Shown: piece after piece, positions 11,658 to 20,431 of the stretch | Layout of the letters: each line of letters begins with the position of its first letter | Position numbering within the stretch: the first letter of the stretch is position 1 | Origin: Promethearchaeati archaeon | GTDB lineage: Archaea > Asgardarchaeota > Heimdallarchaeia > Heimdallarchaeales > Heimdallarchaeaceae | NCBI GenBank assembly: GCA_013166775.1 | Contig: JABLTJ010000003.1 | Span: forward strand, 128,001-192,000 | Length of the DNA: 64,000 nt | Direction of reading: 5' to 3' | Notes under the pieces: generated by a model | What the model saw: the letters and a program-made list of their open reading frames with translations, nothing else | The model's database searches: none | Told to the model about the DNA's origin: nothing | Translations under genes and position numbers: made by a program

Positions 11658-12404
11658 TTGAAGAAAATGCATGGGATACCCAAAGGAAAAAGGAAAGTAC
11701 TTAACAGAGAAAATTTGGTACAGCAAGTAGTTTTTGGCGTAATAATTTTTGGATGCTTTATTTATGCATTCTTCTTCTCTGAAAGTAAAGTATTGAAATT
11801 TCTTACTGCAATAGCTGTTGGTGGTGTGGGAGTAATGCTAGTTATATATTATGTTCTGGAATTCATGTCAGGAAAAGGTTCTGGAATTGCAGCAGCTATG
11901 AATGAGTTAATTTATTTAGTATTAGGTATTCCTCTTATGGTAATCGCAGCTGGTTATTTACCAGTTAGTATCTATTTATCATTCTTTAGCAGAGGAAGTT
12001 CTCAAGCTATCAAAATAGGATTATATATTGGTGTAGGAGTATTAGAAATTCTTTCAATATCTTATCTAATAATTAGACACCTTAGAGATAAAAACATGAA
12101 TCTATTCCAATATCTCAAATATCTCTTTGATTTTGAAAGACGAACTGATGAAGTTAAAAAAATCAAAGAACGTAGAGATCAAATTGATACTTTCTATGAT
12201 GATTTACACAAGGTAGAACAAAAAATAGCAACTAAATTAGAAGAAAAATCTTCTGGCTTTGATCAATTTGATTGGAAAGAAAGAGTGGGTCAAATAGGAG
12301 CTAAAACAATTCAAAGCAAGAAATGTTGGAACTGCCAAGCTACAAATGATGATGATGCTTTATTCTGTGAAAATTGCCAAGCTCCTCTTGAAGGTAAAAA
12401 TTAG
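11658..12404 (+). CDS. Membrane protein with C-terminal zinc ribbon
   Basis: 4 TMs, a coiled-coil-like region, then CWNC-x10-CENC. Confidence 0.8.
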   Translation: MKKMHGIPKGKRKVLNRENLVQQVVFGVIIFGCFIYAFFFSESKVLKFLTAIAVGGVGVMLVIYYVLEFMSGKGSGIAAAMNELIYLVLGIPLMVIAAGYLPVSIYLSFFSRGSSQAIKIGLYIGVGVLEILSISYLIIRHLRDKNMNLFQYLKYLFDFERRTDEVKKIKERRDQIDTFYDDLHKVEQKIATKLEEKSSGFDQFDWKERVGQIGAKTIQSKKCWNCQATNDDDALFCENCQAPLEGKN

Positions 12405-12465
12405 GGATTTTTTCTACCTAATTATCCTACTAGACTGAAGATATCAATACTCTTATGGCGATGAA

Positions 12466-13119
12466 ATGAAAAAAAACTCTGCTAATCCCCTGCTAATTAT
12501 TTTCGATTTTGATGGCGTTCTTGCAGATTCAAAAAGTGCCTATACAATCCAAATGCAAAGAACTTTAGAAATGTTTGCTAACAAAGAAATCTCAGCAAAA
12601 GAAATAAGATCTCGAGTAGGAAATACGGACCAAAGAGACGATTTTATTGAATTTTTAGGGACTAGTGATTCTAAGATAATAGAATCAGCTATCGAAATTT
12701 ATGTCGAGTTCACAGAAGAGTACGCGTATATGAGAAATTTATATCCAGGAGTGAGAGAAGTTTTAGAAAAACTCCATAAAGACCATTTTACTGGGATTGT
12801 TTCTAGAAAATCCCAAAAACGAATGGAATATTGGTTAAAGCATTTCAAAATCACTCACTTGTTCGATATAACGATTGGAACATTAGAGAGAACCAAAACA
12901 CCTGCGATTCTAAAGATAATGAATCAGCTAGAGATGGAAAAGAACAGGACAATAATGGTCGGGGACACTGAGTTTGATATTCAAAGCGCTAAAGATGCAG
13001 AAGTTCATTCAATATTAGCTTTATATGGGGCTTCTGAACCTGAAAAGGTTCTAAAACTTAATCCAGACTATACAATATCACATATCACTGAAGTCCTCAA
13101 CGTCACAAACGAATTCTAA
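12466..13119 (+). CDS. HAD-superfamily phosphatase (phosphoglycolate phosphatase-like)
   Basis: Motif I DFDGVL, motif II IVS, Lys of motif III, motif IV GDTEFD. Confidence 0.9.
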   Translation: MKKNSANPLLIIFDFDGVLADSKSAYTIQMQRTLEMFANKEISAKEIRSRVGNTDQRDDFIEFLGTSDSKIIESAIEIYVEFTEEYAYMRNLYPGVREVLEKLHKDHFTGIVSRKSQKRMEYWLKHFKITHLFDITIGTLERTKTPAILKIMNQLEMEKNRTIMVGDTEFDIQSAKDAEVHSILALYGASEPEKVLKLNPDYTISHITEVLNVTNEF

Positions 13120-13150
13120 TCTCAGTCTTAATCTTTTATTCTTCCACAAA

Positions 13151-13158
13151 TTTATATA
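13151..13158 (+). promoter_or_regulatory. Archaeal TATA box, probably leaderless transcript
   Basis: TTTATATA lies about 21 nt before the ATG at 13180. Confidence 0.55.
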
Positions 13159-13179
13159 GAATCAATATTCAAAATAGAT

Positions 13180-13992
13180 ATGAAAGTAGGATTTCTTCAA
13201 TTTCAACCTATTTTAGGGGATGTAGAAGAGAATATTGATAAAATTTCTAGAATAATTAGAACCACTGATTCTTTTGATTTGATAGTTATTCCGGAATTAG
13301 CTAATTCTGGTTATATTTTCGCTGATAGAAAGGAGTTGGAGAATATCTCTGAAGAAATCCCTTCTGGTTTCTTTGTAAACAAGTTAATCGAGTTAGCTAA
13401 AGAAAAAGATGGTTACATTGTGAGTGGAATTTGTGAGAAAAAGGGAGATCTTTTCTTCAATTCATCTGTTTTACTTGGACCAGAAGGCTATGTCTCTAAA
13501 TATAGAAAAATCCATCTTTTCGATAGAGAGAAACTCTTCTTCGAGCCAGGAGATGGTCCTTTCAAAGTATATGATGTAAGAGGAATGAAAGTGGGATTGC
13601 TAATATGTTGGGATTGGATTTTTCCAGAAGCTACAAGAAGTTTAGCAATTCAGGGAATGGATGTTTTAGCTCATTCAGTGAATCTTGTTCTTTCTTTCTG
13701 TCAAAATGCAATGAGTACACGTTCAATCGAAAATCAAATCTATGCAATTACATCAAATAGAATAGGTAAGGAAACCAATCAAGAGTTCAAACTACATTTT
13801 AAGGGAAACAGTCAGGTTACATCTCCTGATGGGAAAAGGTTGGTTCAAGCAAGTACTGATAAAGAAGAATCACATATAGTTAGCATTGATCTTGAGAAAT
13901 CTAGAAATAAATGGTTAAGTGATAGAAATCATATTTTCAAAGATAGACGTCCAAATATGTATAAACTTCTAATTGAAGAAGAAGAGTTTTAA
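13180..13992 (+). CDS. Carbon-nitrogen hydrolase (nitrilase superfamily)
   Basis: Catalytic triad Glu (IPEL), Lys (YRKIHLF), Cys (ICWD). Confidence 0.93.
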   Translation: MKVGFLQFQPILGDVEENIDKISRIIRTTDSFDLIVIPELANSGYIFADRKELENISEEIPSGFFVNKLIELAKEKDGYIVSGICEKKGDLFFNSSVLLGPEGYVSKYRKIHLFDREKLFFEPGDGPFKVYDVRGMKVGLLICWDWIFPEATRSLAIQGMDVLAHSVNLVLSFCQNAMSTRSIENQIYAITSNRIGKETNQEFKLHFKGNSQVTSPDGKRLVQASTDKEESHIVSIDLEKSRNKWLSDRNHIFKDRRPNMYKLLIEEEEF

Positions 13993-13994
13993 AA

Positions 13995-14924
13995 TTGCAA
14001 ATTCTAAGGAGCATAGAAATGAAAAATACTCAAACCAGAAGAAAATCAAAAGGATATGTTCCTCACAAAGCTGCTGCTGAATTTCAACCAACGATGGATT
14101 GGTCAGTTGAAGAAGCAAAGGATCTATTCTCAGGCAAGATTTTTACTTTTGAGGTTGATAAGATATTCTATTCAGATTGTATTGAGGGTATGCAAGATCT
14201 TCCATCTGAAAGCATCAATATGGTTATAGCAGATCCACCCTTTGGTTTGAATTTTGGAGAAATGGAGACACTCTATAACAGAGATAGTGATTTGGTAGCT
14301 GAAGGATATCATGATGTAAAACTGGATAATTACACTGAATTCACAGAGAAGTGGATTTCAGAACTCCCAAGATTATTAAAACTAGATGCAGGAGTATGGA
14401 TTTTTAGTGGCTGGACAAATCTAGTAGATATTTTGAATTCTTTAAAGAGAAATAAGTTGAAACTCATTAATCACATTATTTGGAAATATCAATTTGGTGT
14501 GTTTACTAAAAGGAAATTCGTTACTAGTCATTATCACTTATTATTTGCAGTTAAAAATGAAAAAGAATACTTCTTTAATAAGATTGAACATTACCCTCAA
14601 GATGTTTGGGAAGTGAATAGGGAATATGATAGAGGTGTCGAAAAAAACGCAACTAAGCTACCCCCTGAAGTAGTTCACAAATGTTTTGATTTTGGTAGTC
14701 GGCCAGGGGATTTAGTTCTAGATCCATTTATGGGGAACGGAACAACAGCTACTGTTGCTAAAAGCTCCTTCAGACACTTCTTAGGATTCGAAGTAAACCT
14801 GAAACTACAAGATATAATTGAAAAAAATATTGCCAATGCAGAATTAGGAAGTAATTATATCCCTTATTCAGACAAACCAGACGAACTTGTAAGAAAAGCA
14901 AGAGAAAGATTCGGAAAAAAATAA
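13995..14924 (+). CDS. Site-specific DNA methyltransferase, N4-C/N6-A, beta class (likely start ATG 14019)
   Basis: Catalytic motif IV DPPF precedes SAM-binding motif I DPFMGNGT. AAGGAG RBS before 14019. Confidence 0.9.
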   Translation: MQILRSIEMKNTQTRRKSKGYVPHKAAAEFQPTMDWSVEEAKDLFSGKIFTFEVDKIFYSDCIEGMQDLPSESINMVIADPPFGLNFGEMETLYNRDSDLVAEGYHDVKLDNYTEFTEKWISELPRLLKLDAGVWIFSGWTNLVDILNSLKRNKLKLINHIIWKYQFGVFTKRKFVTSHYHLLFAVKNEKEYFFNKIEHYPQDVWEVNREYDRGVEKNATKLPPEVVHKCFDFGSRPGDLVLDPFMGNGTTATVAKSSFRHFLGFEVNLKLQDIIEKNIANAELGSNYIPYSDKPDELVRKARERFGKK

Positions 14925-14926
14925 TT

Positions 14927-15142
14927 TTAGTCTTCTTCCAATTTAAAGCTTAGATTAACTTTGGCTCTAAAAGCCTTAACCTTATCATCTTCCAATCTTA
15001 CATCAAGCTTAACAACTTCAACTACTCGAAGATCTCGAATAGACTTTGATGCTTTGGCTACAATAGAATGAATTGCATCTTCCCAGGATGTGGGGGAAGA
15101 ACCAACTAGTTCTACAACTTTGTATACTTTTCCATCTTCCAT
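14927..15142 (-). CDS. Dodecin (flavin-binding protein)
   Basis: 71 aa, VYKVVELVGSSPTSWEDA...FRAKVNLSFK dodecin pattern. Confidence 0.92.
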   Translation of the reverse strand: MEDGKVYKVVELVGSSPTSWEDAIHSIVAKASKSIRDLRVVEVVKLDVRLEDDKVKAFRAKVNLSFKLEED

Positions 15143-15297
15143 TTTTATACCTCTGATAGATTTTTTTACGAATTTTGTAATTATTGATAAAATCAGTATC
15201 AGATTTATTTAAAGCTTCTTTCAAAATAATGAAAATGACTGTCTTTAGGAATTAATTTAAGTATGAAATTATATTATGTATTTCGAGGATTATAAAA

Positions 15298-15999
15298 ATG
15301 AAATCTAAAACATTGATTTACATAGTTCTTATAAACATTGGATTATTAATAGTATTTGCCGATGCTCAAGTAACTACTAGTATGCTTTTCAATGATAATG
15401 ACTCATTAGCAGGAAGTTACTGGGTAAGATACCAGTATGAGATTTCTCATTCAGATACAACAATCAGCGTTGACATAAATTCATCTGAACCCATTGACTT
15501 TGGAATCTGTGATAAAGACGAAATGGAAGATTGGCAAAACGGGGAATCTGAGCCCTCATGGTACGTTTATAGAACAAATGTTACATTAAACACAATTACT
15601 GTAACAGTAAATAGAGGTACTTATGATTTTGTACTCATCAATTGGGGAGTTTCAATCAGTTATTATGAAATAACAACTTATGAATCTTATGATCCTTCAT
15701 TTAGTTTTGGAAATAAATTGTATTCAATTATAGGAATTGGGATTACTATATTTGTTGTAATAGGAATAATTGCATTTGTTAGATCAAAAAGGAGAAGAAG
15801 AACACCTGTTCAATATCAAACTCAAGTTGGGTCTTATCAACCATTCACACAACAGCCTTCAGAATATCAACCCCCTTCAAGCGAGCAAACAGTATTTGAA
15901 GCTAAACCCAAAGGCCTTCAAATTTGCCCGAATTGTGGTGCTGATGAAGAAATATCAGCAGCATTCTGTACAAATTGTGGTGGTAAACTAGATAACTAA
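15298..15999 (+). CDS. Single-pass membrane protein with extracellular beta domain and cytoplasmic zinc ribbon
   Basis: Signal peptide, TM followed by RSKRRRR, Q/P-rich linker, CPNC-x10-CTNC. Confidence 0.8.
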   Translation: MKSKTLIYIVLINIGLLIVFADAQVTTSMLFNDNDSLAGSYWVRYQYEISHSDTTISVDINSSEPIDFGICDKDEMEDWQNGESEPSWYVYRTNVTLNTITVTVNRGTYDFVLINWGVSISYYEITTYESYDPSFSFGNKLYSIIGIGITIFVVIGIIAFVRSKRRRRTPVQYQTQVGSYQPFTQQPSEYQPPSSEQTVFEAKPKGLQICPNCGADEEISAAFCTNCGGKLDN

Positions 16000-16118
16000 G
16001 TTTCCTCTTTTCTATTTTCTTTTCTTTATCTTAAGAATTTCCTAAATGATTTTGGTCTTTAGAACTATTTTTAAAAGATACAATTTATCGAATTTTAAAG
16101 TTATACTATTATTACAAG

Positions 16119-16883
16119 GTGATAAAAATCACTTCAGAAAAAAATGAAGTCTCTTTAGTTGCAGAAATGATTAAAGAATCAGAGTATCTTGTAGTTTTTA
16201 CAGGAGCAGGTATAAGTACTGAATCAGGTTTAGCAGATTTCAGAGGAAAAAATGGTCTCTGGACAAGGAGGGATAAAGGCTTACCTCCTCCAAAATCGAA
16301 ACATTTCGATGAAGTGGAACCAAATCCTGCTCATCTAGCATTAGTTGAGCTGCAAAATCAAGGAAGAATGAAGTTTCTAATTTCGCAGAATGTTGACAAT
16401 CTTCACTTACAATCAGGAATCAAGTTAAATCAAATCTCAGAACTACACGGTAATTATAAATTAGTTAAATGCCTGAAATGTGATTCAAGATTTAGCAGAG
16501 ATGAAGTTGGTTGGATACGAGATATTCATGGAAGAGGTTCAAGAAAAGAACCTCCACAGTCAAACCAACCCATCTGTAAGAAATGCCAAGGACGTCTGAT
16601 ATCTTCCGTGGTGGATTTCAATGATCCCATGCCGGAAAAAGAAGTAGAGCTAGCAAAATACCACTCACTTGAATGTGATTTAATGATTGTAGTAGGTTCC
16701 AGTCTTTCTGTTTTTCCTGCAGCTAATTATCCAAAACTAGCTAAAGACAATGGCGCAAAACTAATTATAATCAACACAGATCCTACAAGATTAGACCACT
16801 TAGCAGATTTGCATATCAGAGAAAAAGCGGGGGAATTTCTCCTAAAGCTCATTAAAGAACTAGAAAAACGTCTTAAATCTTAA
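16119..16883 (+). CDS. NAD-dependent protein deacylase, Sir2 family (SIRT6/class IV-like)
   Basis: GAGISTESG.DFRG, SQNVDNLH, ELHGN, CxxC...CxxC zinc site, GSSL, IIIN. Confidence 0.95.
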   Translation: MIKITSEKNEVSLVAEMIKESEYLVVFTGAGISTESGLADFRGKNGLWTRRDKGLPPPKSKHFDEVEPNPAHLALVELQNQGRMKFLISQNVDNLHLQSGIKLNQISELHGNYKLVKCLKCDSRFSRDEVGWIRDIHGRGSRKEPPQSNQPICKKCQGRLISSVVDFNDPMPEKEVELAKYHSLECDLMIVVGSSLSVFPAANYPKLAKDNGAKLIIINTDPTRLDHLADLHIREKAGEFLLKLIKELEKRLKS

Positions 16884-16998
16884 TTTCAGAAAAAAAAACT
16901 CACTTATGTAAATTTCAATGATTTTTTAATCTAGAGGAGATTCTTCATACATAGAATACCTATAATTGAATAAGATATAGAAAAAAGAGGTCTAGTAT

Positions 16999-19176
16999 TT
17001 GTCAAATATCTCAGCTAAGGAAATGGAAGTAGTAGAGAGATTCATCAGAATTGGTGAATATTTCGAAGCTTTAGAGTTGATAGATATTATGATAAAATGG
17101 GAGAATCTTGATAATTTGGATCTTCTGAAAGTTAAATTGTATCAGGTAGATATTTTTTTAGATTTGGGAAGGTATAAAGAAGGTCTTCAAACAATAGAAA
17201 AAATCATAACTGACAGTCAAAAATCAGGTTTCAGGGAAATAGAACTATCAGCTTTACTAATACAATCAAAACTCCTAATCTATACTGGAAGATTCAAAGA
17301 ATCTCTAGATATTCTCCTTAAAATAGAGCTCAAATTTGATACTAATCTTAAAAGCAAAACAACTTTTTCTAAAACTCTCAAAGTGAGATTCTTAAGACTA
17401 AAAGGAATATGTTGCAGAGCAACAGGAGATAATGAATCAGCTGAATCCTCCATGATTGAAAGTCTAAGAATTGCTGAAGAATTAAAGAACGAATTAGAAG
17501 TTTCAAAAACGCTTGACAGACTAGCAATGCTGCTTCACCCAAAGGATACTAAAGAAGCGCTAAAATTATTAAAAAGAAGTTTACTCATTAGAAAGGAAAT
17601 CGGAAATAAATATTTCCTAGGTCAAACTATGAACAGATTAGGTATAGTTTATCTTAGAAAAGGAATGCTAGATGAATCATTAGCATATTATATTCGGGGT
17701 TTGGAGTATACGAAATCGTATGAAAATAAAGATTTTCAAGCGATTATCAATATGAATATAGGAACTATCTATAAGAATCAAGGAAAATTAAACAAATCAT
17801 TAGAAAATTATATCAAGAGTCTTAATCTTTCAAGAGAAGTAGATAACAAAAATATGATATCAGCTTCACTCTACAATATCTCAGCAATATATCGTCAAAG
17901 AGGGGAATTAAACAGAGCTTTAAAGTATCAAGAAGAATGTTTAGTTGAATTTAAGCACCTAAATTATCCCAATGGAATATCTGCTTCATTACACAATATA
18001 GGGATTATCAATTATCACAAAGGAAATCTTGAGAAAGCAGATAGTTTTTTCAAAAGGAGCTTAAGTATTAGAGAAGAAGCAAAGAATCATGTGGGTACAG
18101 CTGCTTCAGCTTTTTATTTGATTCAAATATCCTTAGATAAAGGATTACTAGATGACACAAAACATTATCTAAGAAAATTAGAGTTTATTAAAAATAAAAT
18201 CGAGCATAAGCTTGTGAGTCAACAGTATTCTATAGCTGAAGCATTATTACTGAAGGATAGTGCTAGAATTCCAAAGAAAGCGAAAGCAGAAGAACTTCTA
18301 AGGAATGTAATTAAGGACGATATCATAGATCATGAGATAACAACACTAGCATATCTCCTTTTAAGTGATCTCCTTCTTGAAGAACTAAAGTTAACTGGAG
18401 AAAATGAAGTTTTAGAAGAAATAAAAACTTTAACAGACCAGCTTTTCGAGGTGTCGAAAAATCAACAATCATCATCTTTAATGGCGGAAACTTTGTGGCT
18501 TAAATCTCAACTCTTCCTTATCAGTATGGAAATGAATGAAGCAAAACATCTTTTGACTCAAGCACAACTAATAGCTGAAGAAAAGGATTTGAAAAGATTA
18601 GCTTTGAAGATTTCAACTGAATATGATAAACTTATCAATCAAATGAATAAATGGCAAACATTAATGAAACAAGATGTTCCATTAACAGAAAGAATAGCAA
18701 TAGCTGATATCGATAACCTTCTAATTAGAATGATAAAAAGAGAAGAGATCACTCTTCTTGAACATGAAATTGAAGATCCAGTCTTTTTAGTGATTCTCAA
18801 TAAAGATGGGCAAACATTATTTACTCATAGATTCTCAACTCTTTCAAAACTAGATGGAGCTCTTATTGGAGGTTTTATTGCAGCAATCAATTCTTTTGCT
18901 TCAGAGATACTTAAAGCTCCTGGAAACATAGAAAGGATAAAATATCAAGAGTACAATCTAATAATCAAAGCTCATGAAAAAATGCTTTTCACCTATGTTT
19001 ACAAAGGACAATCTTATTCTTCTTTGAATAAACTAAATAATTTTGTAGAAATCATTAAAACTACTAAATTAGTTTGGGAAGCATTAAATGAAGCAGTTGA
19101 GAGACCATCTACTCTAAATGAAATTATAGAAACCACTTTAATTAAAAAAGCTGATCAGATATTCGTGACAAATTAG
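16999..19176 (+). CDS. Tetratricopeptide repeat protein with C-terminal longin-like domain
   Basis: About 40-aa TPR repeats (NIG.IY...G.L..AL.Y). C-terminal LVILNKDG..LF...LIGGFIAAINSFASE pattern. Confidence 0.85.
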   Translation: MSNISAKEMEVVERFIRIGEYFEALELIDIMIKWENLDNLDLLKVKLYQVDIFLDLGRYKEGLQTIEKIITDSQKSGFREIELSALLIQSKLLIYTGRFKESLDILLKIELKFDTNLKSKTTFSKTLKVRFLRLKGICCRATGDNESAESSMIESLRIAEELKNELEVSKTLDRLAMLLHPKDTKEALKLLKRSLLIRKEIGNKYFLGQTMNRLGIVYLRKGMLDESLAYYIRGLEYTKSYENKDFQAIINMNIGTIYKNQGKLNKSLENYIKSLNLSREVDNKNMISASLYNISAIYRQRGELNRALKYQEECLVEFKHLNYPNGISASLHNIGIINYHKGNLEKADSFFKRSLSIREEAKNHVGTAASAFYLIQISLDKGLLDDTKHYLRKLEFIKNKIEHKLVSQQYSIAEALLLKDSARIPKKAKAEELLRNVIKDDIIDHEITTLAYLLLSDLLLEELKLTGENEVLEEIKTLTDQLFEVSKNQQSSSLMAETLWLKSQLFLISMEMNEAKHLLTQAQLIAEEKDLKRLALKISTEYDKLINQMNKWQTLMKQDVPLTERIAIADIDNLLIRMIKREEITLLEHEIEDPVFLVILNKDGQTLFTHRFSTLSKLDGALIGGFIAAINSFASEILKAPGNIERIKYQEYNLIIKAHEKMLFTYVYKGQSYSSLNKLNNFVEIIKTTKLVWEALNEAVERPSTLNEIIETTLIKKADQIFVTN

Positions 19177-19189
19177 TAGTTAACTAATT

Positions 19190-20284
19190 CTATCTCCATT
19201 CTACATAAACAGATTCTATCTTTTCTGGTAGATCAATGTTTTTCAGATTGAATATATCTAAGGATAATCTTTTTGGGAAAAAGATGAATTTAGCTTTCTT
19301 GAGAGGTTTAGAATCGAAATAAGGAATGTAAGGCGTTTGAATACCTGCCCAACCGATTTTTTTAGCTTCGAAGCACAATCCTTTTGCTAAGTCAGATGCT
19401 TCTTTTGAAGACAATCTGTGTATATGTACAGCATCTAACCAACCAAATGGAGTTTGGTTACCAAAACCTGCTAGGACGAATTCCCAAGCAAAAATAAAAC
19501 CATTTATTTTACCAATATCATTTTCATGTACAACACAAACTACATTCGGATTATTTAGCATCCACTTGAGATCCTCATAATTAGGAACAATCGAAATTTG
19601 GTTTCTTTCAGCGAAATCTCCAATGAGCTCGAATATTTGGTCAATATCGTTTTTCTGATATCTTCTGACAGATGAACTTTTCGATTCTCTTACTTCTTGT
19701 AATAATTTGAAAACTAGCTTTTCGTACCACTTTAATTTTACAACGGAAGCTGCTATTTTTGCATCAAAAATTCTAATAACATACTTAGTAAGATAAAAAG
19801 CTCTTCTCATTGGAATATTGGTCTCTCTTGCAACAGCTTCTGCTGTATCAATCCCTCTTTGTTCTGGTTCAAAAAGAGCGAAACCACAATCATAACCTGC
19901 TGCTAGTCCCATTTCCAGCATTTTCTTTCCCATTGATTTTGCTAGACCTTGTCTCTGATGATCAGAACGAACAGAAATCCAGGAAGGAATTGCTGATTTA
20001 TACACTTTTTCGTTTACAGCTAGTTTTCGAGGAATCAAACCAAAAAAACCAACTAATTCATTTGTTGGTTTATGTATTACTCTAATAAAGAAGTCTTTAT
20101 CGATAGAAGGACCTCCAAAAATTGTTTTAAAAGTCTGTTCTGTGAAAATAATACTAGCTCCAACTAGCTGTGCATCTGCATCAGCAAGAAAAGCTGTAGT
20201 AATCAGTTTTGAATATTCTTCAATATTGCTCTCGTCTAGGGTAAATTGCTCAATACTGTATTCCGATTCTTCTTTCTTATTCAT
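19190..20284 (-). CDS. Tandem GNAT acyltransferase, N-myristoyltransferase-like fold
   Basis: Acyl-CoA motif V..DHQRQGLA. Second GNAT half starts at [16 protein letters not shown]. Collinear with NMT by eye. Confidence 0.7.
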   Translation of the reverse strand: [364 protein letters not shown]

Positions 20285-20431
20285 ATAATCACTTGAAATT
20301 ACTATTTATGATGATTTGCAGATTCGTTTCTTTAATTGCTGTTTTATATAAATCTTACTTGAATTTATGAGAGTAGGGAAACATGAAATTTTGAAATTAG
20401 TTTTTTAAACAAGTTATTCAGTTTATTTTAT

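Noticed and set aside
16119-19176. Sir2 plus TPR as an anti-phage defence system (Thoeris/DSR-like)
   Set aside because: The sirtuin has the zinc-binding CxxC pairs and full deacylase motifs of classical sirtuins, unlike defence SIR2 NADases. There is no defence-island context.
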